Below are positions 28,955 through 38,563 of a stretch of 64,000 bases of DNA, one piece after another. The stretch is taken from positions 662,699 through 726,698 of the forward strand of contig CP064998.1 of assembly GCA_016700035.1 (NCBI GenBank). Reading direction: 5' to 3'. Source of the DNA: a bacterium (lineage in GTDB: Bacteria > Patescibacteriota > Saccharimonadia > CAILAD01 > GCA-016700035). Under the pieces are notes generated by a model. It saw only the letters and a list, made by a program, of their open reading frames with translations, was not told the DNA's origin and ran no database searches. The position numbers were made by a program, and so were the translations under genes. Each line of letters starts with the position of its first letter. The stretch's first letter is position 1.

Positions 28955-29398
28955 TTATTCGACCATGCTTTCCATGTAGTCATCGAGCAAAACTGTCGCC
29001 GCCATAGCATCCAACTGAGCTTTCTCTTCGTCACGGGTGAGCCTACCTAATCGTGCTCGAGCTCGCTCAGAGGTAGAAAACTCATCATGTAAAATTATAT
29101 GCAATCCCGAAACATCCGCTAACTCACCAGCAAAATTACGGGCCTTGCGAGTCTGAGCTGTCTCATTGCCGTTAATATCACGCGGTAAGCCAACTATTAT
29201 AGTTTCTACTTTCTGTTTTCTGGCCTGATCAATAATATGGGTAAAAGTATTTGCGTCCTGCTGCAATACACATACTGGCTCGGCTCGCGTTGCACCCCCG
29301 GGCTTGATGGCAATACCCACTCGCACATCGCCAGTATCTACGCCTAAAAATGACTCCCTGATAGCCTCCTCAATGTGCTCTGCCCCCATATTGCTCAT
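28955..29398 (-). CDS. ruvX: Holliday junction resolvase-like RNase RuvX/YqgF
   Basis: VGIAIK...TIIVGLPRDINGNE motifs. Confidence 0.9.
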   Translation of the reverse strand: MSNMGAEHIEEAIRESFLGVDTGDVRVGIAIKPGGATRAEPVCVLQQDANTFTHIIDQARKQKVETIIVGLPRDINGNETAQTRKARNFAGELADVSGLHIILHDEFSTSERARARLGRLTRDEEKAQLDAMAATVLLDDYMESMVE

Positions 29399-30996
29399 TT
29401 AGTAACCGATATTTTGACCTGAATATTATTAACTGGGATTGGCATATTTGGCACCAATGGCCAGCCATCGACTGTTGCGCCGGTAACATTAGGGTGCTGC
29501 TTGGCGATATCAGCTACTTCTTTCTTAGCTTTTCCAGCAACATCCTGCTTGAGAGCTTCGGTATCAATCGGTTGACCGATATAGGCAACTGCAGATAGCC
29601 CATAACTATAGCCGGTTTTAGTTTGCCCTTTGGGGGAGTATTTAGCCTGATCAAGACCAGCATCCAGAACCTTTGAGCCATCTTTTAGCTCAGGTGCTAG
29701 AGCGGTCTCCACCACCCCTACTAAATCATCTTCACTTGCTACAAGGACTGTATATTTAGCCTTCACATTGACCGTTACATTTGACGCCTCTGTACCAACT
29801 GGCGGATTAGAAGATTGTGTCATAACAGCAGCGGTAAGCGTGTCGTCAAAAACTTTTTCGCTATCACTAGCTTGATCTTTTAAGTCTGATAGAGCTTCGG
29901 CTTTTGACCCCTCAAGCAAGGTCTTTACAGTAGAATCAACATCAGCCTGTGACACCACTTTTACCACCTTCGAAACCCCGCCAGATGTTGTGCCAGCACC
30001 AGAGATCCGTGAAGAAAGACCAACCACAGTGAAGGTAGTATTAGAGAAATTATAAGAATCACCATTTTCCGATGCCGTAACAGCTACAGTGACAGACTTT
30101 GAATTGCAAACTGTACCGCCGCCCGAAAATTCACCTTCCGGAAGGGTAGCCGAAGCATTAGTGACAAATATCTTACCAGCAGTTGTAACCTTCGACCCCG
30201 CTGGTAGTGTGCGCGAATTGGAGTCTTCACAGTTCTTAAGTGCCACCGATCCACTGGCCTTGGAACCAACATCTTTCTCACCAGTAGCTTCAACACTCTG
30301 GGAAAGATCTTTGGTAGACTCCAAAGTCTTGGCGACAATCACATTGCCCGATGCCGTTCCGGTAGTAACTAGAGTAAACTGCGTATTAACATCGCGCCGG
30401 TCGGCCACAGCCTGAACATTAACCGTAACCGTTTGCACAAAAGCCGTCAGCAGCCAGATCACAATAATTGCACCAAGCCCCGACAAACCAATCCAAATCC
30501 ATTTTTGGAACTTATTATAATTCGGCACTTTGCCCCGACCAGAATTCTTAGTTGATTTTGCTTTTTTAGCTTTTTTCTTTTTATCTCCCGGTTCATCAAA
30601 GCGTTGAATAGGTAAATCATCCCTATCATCCTTGCTAGCATCTTGAGTGTCAGCCACCAATGGTGACTCCGTTGCGGTAGACGGCTTCGATAGCTTTGGT
30701 GCTGGATCAACCTCCGGGATACTAGCCTCGGCTTTAACATTTTTAGCAACTGGAATACCAACCTTGCCAGCAAGTGCTGTGGCCGACTTATCTCCCGTGA
30801 CTAAAACTAGTTTCTTCTTTTTTGCGCTGGCTCCCTTTTTTAGAAGTTTAAGATTAACAATACTCTGCAAAAGTGGAGATCGAGGCGGCACAACAATACG
30901 TACAGTGCTAGACTCGGCTTTTTTAAGCTTTGTAATTGCTTCGGTTATCTCAGCGTCATGCTCAAGATAAATAATACTTTCTTCATGTTCTGCCAT
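29395..30996 (-). CDS. hypothetical membrane protein: cytoplasmic about 85-aa N-domain, Lys-rich linker, TM, large Thr/Ser/Val-rich extracellular region
   Basis: ORF architecture only; downstream of the FtsA-like gene on the same strand. Confidence 0.5.
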   Translation of the reverse strand: MAEHEESIIYLEHDAEITEAITKLKKAESSTVRIVVPPRSPLLQSIVNLKLLKKGASAKKKKLVLVTGDKSATALAGKVGIPVAKNVKAEASIPEVDPAPKLSKPSTATESPLVADTQDASKDDRDDLPIQRFDEPGDKKKKAKKAKSTKNSGRGKVPNYNKFQKWIWIGLSGLGAIIVIWLLTAFVQTVTVNVQAVADRRDVNTQFTLVTTGTASGNVIVAKTLESTKDLSQSVEATGEKDVGSKASGSVALKNCEDSNSRTLPAGSKVTTAGKIFVTNASATLPEGEFSGGGTVCNSKSVTVAVTASENGDSYNFSNTTFTVVGLSSRISGAGTTSGGVSKVVKVVSQADVDSTVKTLLEGSKAEALSDLKDQASDSEKVFDDTLTAAVMTQSSNPPVGTEASNVTVNVKAKYTVLVASEDDLVGVVETALAPELKDGSKVLDAGLDQAKYSPKGQTKTGYSYGLSAVAYIGQPIDTEALKQDVAGKAKKEVADIAKQHPNVTGATVDGWPLVPNMPIPVNNIQVKISVTK

Positions 30997-31133
30997 AAGC
31001 TTTTATACACCTCATTATACAAGAAGTCGGCAAATAAAAAAGAAATGTAGCCAACTACAAGATAAATAATGAACCCATCTATACAATTAATCTAGATAAG
31101 GCACTAAGCTATTACCGCTCATTGGCGATAAAT

Positions 31134-32417
31134 CTAGATTGATAGAGTACGACTTAAGCGTTGCAAGAGTTGTTCGCCCTTCGGCTCACTGCCAACAATA
31201 TCTAGTGCTAAGTTTGCCAGCCCCATTGTAGTGATGTCCTGTGGGCTGGTTAGTCGGCCGGTATGATCCAGTACTCGATTTACATCGGCCGGTGCTACAA
31301 AATCAATCTTTGGCTTCCGAGCAAACGGCAAATCTTTATACCATTCCGTTTGCAGGGCTTTTTTAATTTCTGGTAAACCCGATCCGCCGCCACATAGTAG
31401 AATACGATTTGGCAAGTGATCTAGCTCATCAAACTCCGATAGCGAAAGCTCTACACCAGATAGCCAAACCTCCACATCCGTCTCAAGCGCCTCAGCTACA
31501 GCCGATTCTTCCGATTTTATCAGCGTTCCAGCCGAATGCTCTAGCTTCAGCTTCTCAGCTTCTTCATGGCTCACACTGAGGCTTTGAGCAATACGCTTAG
31601 TAAAGCTACGGCCACCAATCGCAAACATTTTTGTACCCACTACACCACCATTATTTACTACTGCAATATCCGATGTACCGCCACCAATATCTATAAAAAT
31701 TGCCGAAAACTCGGTCGAATCATCGGCCCCCACACTTTTAGCAACCGCAAACGGCTCAGCTGCAATATTGATTAGATTTAAATCTAAATCGCGCGCCACC
31801 GACTGCAAAGCTCCCAAGTGAACCATTGGAGCAAAGGCCGTAAAGACCGCAATTGACACATCCTGACCCTGAAAACCGATGGGGTTTGTTACTCGATACC
31901 CATCAATTGTCACATCCACCACGGCGGCATTAACCAACTTAACTTGCATATCACTACTGCCAGTCTCCCAGGACAATTGATCGCGCACCTTATCAAAAGC
32001 TGTCCTCTGAACCCGCTCAATAATGTCTTTTAGCTCCACCATATCGATCTGTACTTCTGGGCGTGCTCGACGATAACTGACCGTCGTACTCATGCCTCGC
32101 ACTAACTCGCCTGCAATCCCAATAACCGTATTACGCGCCACCACGCCAGCCATCTTTTCCGCCATCCGTAGAGCCTTATCGCAATTATCAACCACTCCAG
32201 CAATGTCGGTAACCGCCCCACCAGCCATATCGGTCAAGCGCTGATGCTGTTTAGCCGCACCGATTATTTCAACATGATCTCCCTTCACCTCACCAATTAA
32301 GGCTTTAACAAATTCCGTTCCAATATCCAAAGAAACAATGTACGGATCCTGCTTGGTTGTAGACCCGCGCTGAGATAGCTTCTTGAAGTTTGGTATCTTA
32401 GGTAGCTTAAGCGCCAT
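31134..32417 (-). CDS. actin-like ATPase, FtsA-like (PilM cannot be excluded)
   Basis: actin-fold phosphate motifs VSLDIGTEFVKALIGE and FIDIGGGTSDIAV; 427 aa. Confidence 0.6.
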   Translation of the reverse strand: MALKLPKIPNFKKLSQRGSTTKQDPYIVSLDIGTEFVKALIGEVKGDHVEIIGAAKQHQRLTDMAGGAVTDIAGVVDNCDKALRMAEKMAGVVARNTVIGIAGELVRGMSTTVSYRRARPEVQIDMVELKDIIERVQRTAFDKVRDQLSWETGSSDMQVKLVNAAVVDVTIDGYRVTNPIGFQGQDVSIAVFTAFAPMVHLGALQSVARDLDLNLINIAAEPFAVAKSVGADDSTEFSAIFIDIGGGTSDIAVVNNGGVVGTKMFAIGGRSFTKRIAQSLSVSHEEAEKLKLEHSAGTLIKSEESAVAEALETDVEVWLSGVELSLSEFDELDHLPNRILLCGGGSGLPEIKKALQTEWYKDLPFARKPKIDFVAPADVNRVLDHTGRLTSPQDITTMGLANLALDIVGSEPKGEQLLQRLSRTLSI

Positions 32418-32449
32418 ATGTCAATATTCTACCACGTAGCACCCCACTC

Positions 32450-33355
32450 TTGAAAAAGAGCTTTCTATGCGAGATAATCACGCCTGACTTTGTACCTATC
32501 AAAAGAAAGGGAATCGGTCCAATGCACAGTGTTGGCTATAGCTATCACAAGCATGAAGATCCCCCTGTGGTGCGTGAGGTAAAATGGCTACTCGACCAAT
32601 CTGCCTTTTGGCTCCTTGGCTGGTGGCTGCTCATCATGAAGCACTACTGGCCTGGTTCGGCTCGTGTTGTCAACCAGGTGCCAAATGCTATGTCGGTGTT
32701 TCGTATCATCGTCTCACCCTTCGTGGCCTACCAGCTCGGTATGGCGATCCTTGATGGTAATAGCAACTCGGCCTGGATGTGGCTGGGGATTACTGGTGGA
32801 TTAATCGCCCTGGATGGGCTGGATGGCCCACTAGCCCGACGTCTAGATGCCGTGTCCGATTTTGGTAAAGCCATCGACCCGGCCGCCGATAAGCTACTCA
32901 TACTGGTGCTGGCTGTGACCTACTGCGTGGTGGTTTGGCAGCTACAGGGTTGGGCTACATTCGTACCACTTTGTGGCGCCATTCTGTGGGTAATTTGGGT
33001 TGAGTTCAAGCTCATCCTCATTGCGCGCGATACCAAAGCTACTGTAGATATTCTGGGCGACCAAGAATTGCCCGGTGCGAATGTCTTCGGTAAAATAAAG
33101 TTCACCATCCAGTCGCTATCATTTGTACTGGCCTATGTGCTTCTTATCGTCAATCCCGACACTCCAATCGGTGCGCTGTGGTTGACCTTCATGCTCATTG
33201 TGGCTCGCTTCTTTGCCGATAAGAGCCTGCACCAGCACCGCATCGATTTGTGGCAACTGCAGAATCTCGCTCGTAAACGCAAGCTGGATATCCCAGATAC
33301 CCGTTCTGCCAAAGAGCTGATCCGCTGGTCAACTCGACACCACAAGATAGCCTAA
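32450..33355 (+). CDS. CDP-alcohol phosphatidyltransferase (PgsA-like); start uncertain
   Basis: DGLDGPLARRLDAVSDFGKAIDPAADKL is the D-G-x2-A-R...G-x3-D-x3-D signature. Confidence 0.7.
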   Translation: MKKSFLCEIITPDFVPIKRKGIGPMHSVGYSYHKHEDPPVVREVKWLLDQSAFWLLGWWLLIMKHYWPGSARVVNQVPNAMSVFRIIVSPFVAYQLGMAILDGNSNSAWMWLGITGGLIALDGLDGPLARRLDAVSDFGKAIDPAADKLLILVLAVTYCVVVWQLQGWATFVPLCGAILWVIWVEFKLILIARDTKATVDILGDQELPGANVFGKIKFTIQSLSFVLAYVLLIVNPDTPIGALWLTFMLIVARFFADKSLHQHRIDLWQLQNLARKRKLDIPDTRSAKELIRWSTRHHKIA

Positions 33356-33363
33356 GGGGGATC

Positions 33364-33507
33364 ATGAGAAAAAAGTGGAAGTACATGCTGCTCACCACAG
33401 CCGGTGCACTTGCCCTGATGGGGATTAGCGCAATAGCTGGGGCGATCGGCTCCGGAATGGCTGGTTATGGTATGCCATATCGCCAGCCCGAAAGCAGTCA
33501 GAAGTGA
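33364..33507 (+). CDS. 47-aa single-TM peptide (below ORF-track cutoff)
   Basis: strong SD AAGGGGG 4 nt before ATG; Gly/Ala-rich TM; stop overlaps next start (GTGA). Confidence 0.4.
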   Translation: MRKKWKYMLLTTAGALALMGISAIAGAIGSGMAGYGMPYRQPESSQK

Positions 33508-33794
33508 GTCAGCCAGGAGAATATATCACCTGTAGAGCTTTAGACATCAGGCCAAATGATACAATTCTCTACCGGGGCAGTGTATTTCATGTAGAGAATA
33601 CGAAATACCTCCCAACTACTCGTACCGTTGGGCTCACGCTCACTTCTAGTATCACTGGTATGACACATTTTCTGAAAGTCGATCGTAGCGAGCGGATAAC
33701 GCGCTACTACGACAAAAGCCCTGAAGACATCTTGCATCACAGCAATCGTACCCGTACCACTCGAGCACGCCTCAATAGAGAGGAGGACACATGA
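33504..33794 (+). CDS. hypothetical 96-aa protein, translationally coupled to both neighbours
   Basis: GTG start overlapping the previous stop; its stop overlaps the next ATG (ATGA). Confidence 0.3.
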   Translation: MSQPGEYITCRALDIRPNDTILYRGSVFHVENTKYLPTTRTVGLTLTSSITGMTHFLKVDRSERITRYYDKSPEDILHHSNRTRTTRARLNREEDT

Positions 33795-33889
33795 AGAAAT
33801 GGATTGCCATTGGTATCATCCTAGTAGCAGGCTACGTTGGCCTGCGTTGGATTGCCAACCACTTACTCGATGAAGAGTCTGACATCTAA
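33791..33889 (+). CDS. 32-aa single-TM peptide
   Basis: SD AGGAGGA 4 nt before ATG; MKKWIAIGIILVAGYVGLRWIANHLLDEESDI; followed by a bidirectional terminator. Confidence 0.35.
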   Translation: MKKWIAIGIILVAGYVGLRWIANHLLDEESDI

Positions 33890-33903
33890 GTATTCCAAGT
33901 TAC

Positions 33904-33937
33904 CCGCACAATTAATTCCAGTGCGGGTTTTTTATTC
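33904..33937. terminator. bidirectional rho-independent terminator (small-ORF operon and alaS)
   Basis: cccgcacaattaattccagtgcggg followed by TTTTTTATT. Confidence 0.6.
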
Positions 33938-35842
33938 TAGAACGGCTTTAATTCGACGTACCCCAGCCGAAGAACTTTCTTCTTTGGTAATACGAAACTT
34001 ACCAAGCTCTCCAGTGCGAGGCACGTGTGGTCCACCGCAGATCTCGCGGCTATACCAATCACCATCCGCATCGCCAACAGTATAGACCTTCACAATATCT
34101 GGATATTTTTCACCAAAAGCACCCAGCGCACCAGCCTCAAAAGCTTCATCCTTACTCATCTCGGCAAAACTGACTGGCAAATTACGCTCAATCACACCAT
34201 TCACTATCTTTTCGACTTCGGCAATTTGTTCTAGTGTCATCTTTTCAGTATGAGAAAAATCAAACCGCAATCGCTCTGGAGTAATATTGCTCCCGCGCTG
34301 CACCACATGATCACCCAAAACATTGCGTAGTGCCCGATACATCAAATGAGTGGCGGTATGGTACTGTACAGTTTTAGCCGAATGGTCAGCCAACCCACCC
34401 TTAAACTGGCCAACCGTAGCGGTGCGTGAGCGCTCTTTTTGCTCTCCTAAAAGCCGCTCAAACTCCTCCCGCCAATCGCTTGCTACTACTACCGCCTCTT
34501 TTTCTGCTTCTTCCAAACTTAGCTCCACCGGAAAACCATAAGTATCAGACAATTGAAAAATGAGTTTGCCAGTTAGCTTGGTGCGTTTTCCAGTTGGCAC
34601 AGGTGGACGCTGCGAGAAATCAAGCTCCGAGGTACGCTTTTCAAACTCCCTCAAACCACGCTCTAAGGTTTTACGGAAAGCTTCTTCTTCGGCCTGCAAC
34701 ACATTCAGCACATCTTTGGCCCGTTCTACCACCTCAACATAATCATCCTTATAAATATCAATTACTACTGGCACAATGGATGCTATCAAACCCGACTGCA
34801 CACCCAGCTCTAAACCACCACGAATTGCACGCCGAATTAAGCGTCGCATCACATAGCCCTGCGCCGTATTACTTGGCCTTACTCCATCCACCGCCATAAA
34901 AGTCGCACCACGTACATGGTCAGCAATAATCCGCATGGCCGACTCCTTACCTTCATAAGCCGTATCGGTCAACTCCATAAGCTTTTCCATAATTGGCCAC
35001 AGTAAGCTGGTACGATAAACATCTGGCGAGTCAATTGTGGCGGCAGCCAGGCGCTCTAACCCGCCACCAAAATCAATATTCTTATGTCGAAGCTCATCAA
35101 AGCCCGACTCAGTCTTGATGTATTGCATAAAAACTGAGTTACCAATTTCCATAAATCGAGGGCTATCACTAGCTGGGTGGGGCTGACCAAAGCTTGAGTC
35201 ATGGTAAGCTTCACCAAAATCATAAAAAACCTCGCTATCTGGGCCACCCGGCTCACCAACTGGCATACTCTCTGGTGTTCCAGCCCTACTCCACCAATTT
35301 TCCTTAGCATCATAGTAGAAAATCCGTCCACCCTGCATGCCATCGCGATCACCATTTTCTGCCGACCCAATATCAATAATCTTAGCCTCCACCCCAGATG
35401 CTTCAAACAGACCCTGCCAAACATTAGCCGCCTCTTCATCACGTGGGATGCCGAGCTTTTCATCGCCAGCAAAGCAACTCACATAGATTTTATGCGGATC
35501 AAGCTTTAATTCGGTTATTAAAAACTCCCAAAACCAGCGGATTTGCTGTTCTTTAAAATAGTCACCCAAAGACCAATTGCCCAACATCTCAAAAAATGTC
35601 GTGTGACTAGTATCACCCACTTCATCAATATCTTGAGCACGAATACAGGTTTGTGAGTCAGTGAGACGCCTACCCTCTGGATGTGGTTCACCCAATAAAT
35701 AAGGCACCATCGGTTGCATACCAGACCCAGTAAAAAGGGTTGTGGGATCACCATCTGGTACAATATTTGCCCGTGGCACAACTACATGGTCTTGGCGAGC
35801 CATAAATTCTAAATATTTCTTACGGACCTCTTGAGCGTTCAT
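33932..35842 (-). CDS. alaS: alanyl-tRNA synthetase, 636 aa, lacking the C-terminal C-Ala domain
   Basis: class II catalytic core, editing-domain HTATHLMYRALRNVLGDHVVQ and CGGPHV zinc motif. Confidence 0.95.
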   Translation of the reverse strand: MNAQEVRKKYLEFMARQDHVVVPRANIVPDGDPTTLFTGSGMQPMVPYLLGEPHPEGRRLTDSQTCIRAQDIDEVGDTSHTTFFEMLGNWSLGDYFKEQQIRWFWEFLITELKLDPHKIYVSCFAGDEKLGIPRDEEAANVWQGLFEASGVEAKIIDIGSAENGDRDGMQGGRIFYYDAKENWWSRAGTPESMPVGEPGGPDSEVFYDFGEAYHDSSFGQPHPASDSPRFMEIGNSVFMQYIKTESGFDELRHKNIDFGGGLERLAAATIDSPDVYRTSLLWPIMEKLMELTDTAYEGKESAMRIIADHVRGATFMAVDGVRPSNTAQGYVMRRLIRRAIRGGLELGVQSGLIASIVPVVIDIYKDDYVEVVERAKDVLNVLQAEEEAFRKTLERGLREFEKRTSELDFSQRPPVPTGKRTKLTGKLIFQLSDTYGFPVELSLEEAEKEAVVVASDWREEFERLLGEQKERSRTATVGQFKGGLADHSAKTVQYHTATHLMYRALRNVLGDHVVQRGSNITPERLRFDFSHTEKMTLEQIAEVEKIVNGVIERNLPVSFAEMSKDEAFEAGALGAFGEKYPDIVKVYTVGDADGDWYSREICGGPHVPRTGELGKFRITKEESSSAGVRRIKAVLE

Positions 35843-36138
35843 TGTGCCTCCTCGCTATTTAGCAAAAAGAACGGCGCACAAGCTAACTGAGCTTTTTCTT
35901 GTACCAAACCATAACCTAAGCTATGTTGCAAAGCAAAAAAAGAATAGGTAGCCGTGGATTTTCTTTGTAGTTCAGTCCGGGGGACACGATGAATATACTG
36001 ATTCATATCTGTTGATTATACCCGACTAATGTTATTTTGTGGAGTTTTAATATTGACTTTTTTATGATTTTATGTTACTCTTATACGGTTCTGGCAAGTC
36101 CGCTAGACCCCCGACCCCAGCAAAGGGAGCACCAAAAA

Positions 36139-36426
36139 ATGACCAAGAAGCGAGCCATCGTGGCGCTGTTGAGTGCCATCGCCGTGATCATCGGCGTCAT
36201 CATCTTCGGCGGTAGCGCCGGCGCCACGTCGTACTACGACGACAGCTACGGGTGCTACGAAACCCCGGAGACCACAACCACAACCGAGGTCGCCACGACC
36301 ACGGTGCTCGAGACGACCACGACGACCTCCATGCCGTCAACAACGACGACCGCGCCTGAGACAACCACGACCGCGCCGGATCTTGCCCACACCAGAGCTG
36401 ATCCCACCAGTCGTCATCGTGCGTGA
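36139..36426 (+). CDS. membrane-anchored or secreted Thr-rich low-complexity protein, high GC; possibly frameshifted
   Basis: SD AAAGGGAG; N-terminal TM; TTTTTEVATTTVLETTTTTSMPSTTTTAPETTTTAP repeats; terminator at 36518-36555. Confidence 0.45.
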   Translation: MTKKRAIVALLSAIAVIIGVIIFGGSAGATSYYDDSYGCYETPETTTTTEVATTTVLETTTTTSMPSTTTTAPETTTTAPDLAHTRADPTSRHRA

Positions 36427-36576
36427 AACTCCCCCGACAGCACCTACTCCGGCCTCGCCGGCCACAGACTTGCCCGGTAAGGCACTCAAGTTCACCGGCT
36501 AAGCATTGCTTCTACCCCAAAGGGGCGCCCATCTCAGGGCGCCCCTTCAACTTTATCTAACACTAAACGGCTCTAT

Positions 36577-37200
36577 TCAAGAGTTACTTGGAAACCCAGA
36601 TGGAATACTATACTTCGTTCTATCGCTAGCTGGAATCGGCCCCAGTCCCTGATACACCAAATACCATTGGTCATTAACCTTCTTGAGGTAATAACTAGGT
36701 GACTCATTATCACCCTTACAAATATAGGTAAGCTGAGCAAAATCTCCCTCAACTAGAGTCAGGGTAAATTTTTCTAAAGTTTTACCAGTAAGAGCACATT
36801 GATCAGACGCCCACTGCTTGAGCAATTCTTCATCGGTCTTCTTGGGTGCTTCAGTAGCTTCTTTGCTAGATTTTTCCAGCTCACTAACCTTAGTCTCAGC
36901 TTCGGCTAGCTTCTTTTCGGTAGCTGCCTTATCGGTTTGAGCTTGCGACACCTGCGCTTGAGCTGACCGTGCTTGCCACCACAAATAACCAAAGGCCGCC
37001 GTACTCGCCATCAGAATAAGAATCAGCAAGACCACCAACACCGCCTTACCCTTACTTGGCTTGCCCACATTTGATGCTGGCATACCCATCGGAGTCGAGC
37101 TAGCTGTGGCGCTCGGAGCGCTCGATACTGGTGGAACATTTGATCCAGATATGTTTGGCTCCACCGGCCTGGAAAGTGGTTCTGGTATTTTATCGTGCAT
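36577..37200 (-). CDS. membrane-anchored protein (TM with GYLWW motif, coiled coil, C-terminal domain); paralog of next gene
   Basis: shared architecture and motif GYLWWQ/GYLWWT with 37202-38161. Confidence 0.5.
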   Translation of the reverse strand: MHDKIPEPLSRPVEPNISGSNVPPVSSAPSATASSTPMGMPASNVGKPSKGKAVLVVLLILILMASTAAFGYLWWQARSAQAQVSQAQTDKAATEKKLAEAETKVSELEKSSKEATEAPKKTDEELLKQWASDQCALTGKTLEKFTLTLVEGDFAQLTYICKGDNESPSYYLKKVNDQWYLVYQGLGPIPASDRTKYSIPSGFPSNS

Positions 37201-37201
37201 A

Positions 37202-38161
37202 CTAATTCTGCTCCTTTAATGATTTCACAAACCCTTGTACGGCAGGCTTTTCTGCAGTCACTACCGACTGCACAGTAGAATCAGCCGAGCAAGCCGATTG
37301 ACTAGGCTCATACACATAAAAAGTATCGCCCAGTTTTAGTACCGACTCGCCATCAACTTCCACGTCATCAATCTTCCCATCCTTATAGATATCCCCAGCC
37401 TTATAGCTTGTCAGAGCGCCAAGTGGACTAAATTCTGCCGTACATTTGGGTGCCGCATTACTGACCTTGCGCTCTGCCTCCACTACTTTTGTTGATGAAA
37501 AAGTAATAACCTGGTGCACCTGCTTATTTACATCGTTTGTTTCACGGAAGCGATAGGTAACAGTTTTGACATTATCACCAAAAGCATAGGTCAACCCCAG
37601 CTCGGGCACCAGCCGAGTATCGCTAGCTGTAGATGTCGCCGTTGATGTAGATTCACCAGACAAACCTTTATTAGCTTCGGTGAGCTTATTAACCTCAGTC
37701 TGCAGGGTGGAAACTTGTTGCTTTTGAGTCCACCACAGATAACCAAAAATACCAGTTGCAATCAGCGCCACTACCAAAAGAAAGATTAGAAAACCCTTAC
37801 CTCCACCTTTTCCACCCTCTGATCGTTCGGCTTCTAGAGCTGGTGGGATATTTCCATCATCAATCACCTCTGGCGTGATAATTTCTGGCTCTGGCTTAGT
37901 ACTTGCTTTGGGTGCTACTTTTCTTTGCCCATTCTTAACCCCCACTTTCACCGTATCAGCTTGAGGCGTGTTGGTAATTTTATCTGCACCAAGCTCTTCT
38001 GCTATGTCGGCCATAGTTTTTGATTCTTCCTTTTTATTATGATCAAGCCGAATCTCATCTTCGCCCTCTGGCTTATCATCATCTGGTTTTGGCATATACG
38101 CCATCGAACCATCAGCTATGCTGGGTCCGTTTGCTTTTGATTTATCCCCAAGAATTCCCAT
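37202..38161 (-). CDS. membrane-anchored protein, paralog of previous gene
   Basis: same TM-coiled-coil-globular layout; adjacent on the same strand with 1-nt spacer. Confidence 0.5.
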   Translation of the reverse strand: MGILGDKSKANGPSIADGSMAYMPKPDDDKPEGEDEIRLDHNKKEESKTMADIAEELGADKITNTPQADTVKVGVKNGQRKVAPKASTKPEPEIITPEVIDDGNIPPALEAERSEGGKGGGKGFLIFLLVVALIATGIFGYLWWTQKQQVSTLQTEVNKLTEANKGLSGESTSTATSTASDTRLVPELGLTYAFGDNVKTVTYRFRETNDVNKQVHQVITFSSTKVVEAERKVSNAAPKCTAEFSPLGALTSYKAGDIYKDGKIDDVEVDGESVLKLGDTFYVYEPSQSACSADSTVQSVVTAEKPAVQGFVKSLKEQN

Positions 38162-38281
38162 AGAAAAATATTCCTTATTTCACTATGCAGTGTAGCATAA
38201 GGGGTTTCGGAGAGTACAGTACTTGATTTTTAATGTAAATAGTTGCAAAATATGAGCATTCGCGACGTAATAAGGAGTGCG

Positions 38282-38527
38282 ATGAGTACCTTCGACCCCG
38301 AGCTCTATGAAGATCTCTACGATCATTTCGGTCACGACGACAGCGACGATACCTATGGCCTAACAACTTGGTTTGAATCTCATGAGGCAGAGGAGATCGT
38401 TCAATTCTGTATGATGCACAACATCTGCCCAGTAGAGCTCGCATACCGGGGTATCAACGCAATCATGCACGCCACCATATCATCCGACGCACTAGCTGTC
38501 GTCTTGCGTATTCCCCCGTGTAACTAA
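38282..38527 (+). CDS. small acidic hypothetical protein, high GC
   Basis: SD AAGGAG before ATG at 38282; terminator hairpin cgccacacatcgatgtggcg plus T-run at 38534-38563. Confidence 0.4.
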   Translation: MSTFDPELYEDLYDHFGHDDSDDTYGLTTWFESHEAEEIVQFCMMHNICPVELAYRGINAIMHATISSDALAVVLRIPPCN

Positions 38528-38563
38528 AGTAGCTTACGCCACACATCGATGTGGCGTTTTTAC

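Noticed and set aside
35843-36130. T-box leader upstream of alaS
   Set aside because: No AGGGUGGNACCGCG T-box sequence or specifier-loop arrangement. Only a probable promoter (TATAAT near 35955 on minus) and a small palindrome TGAATcagtatATTCA were seen.
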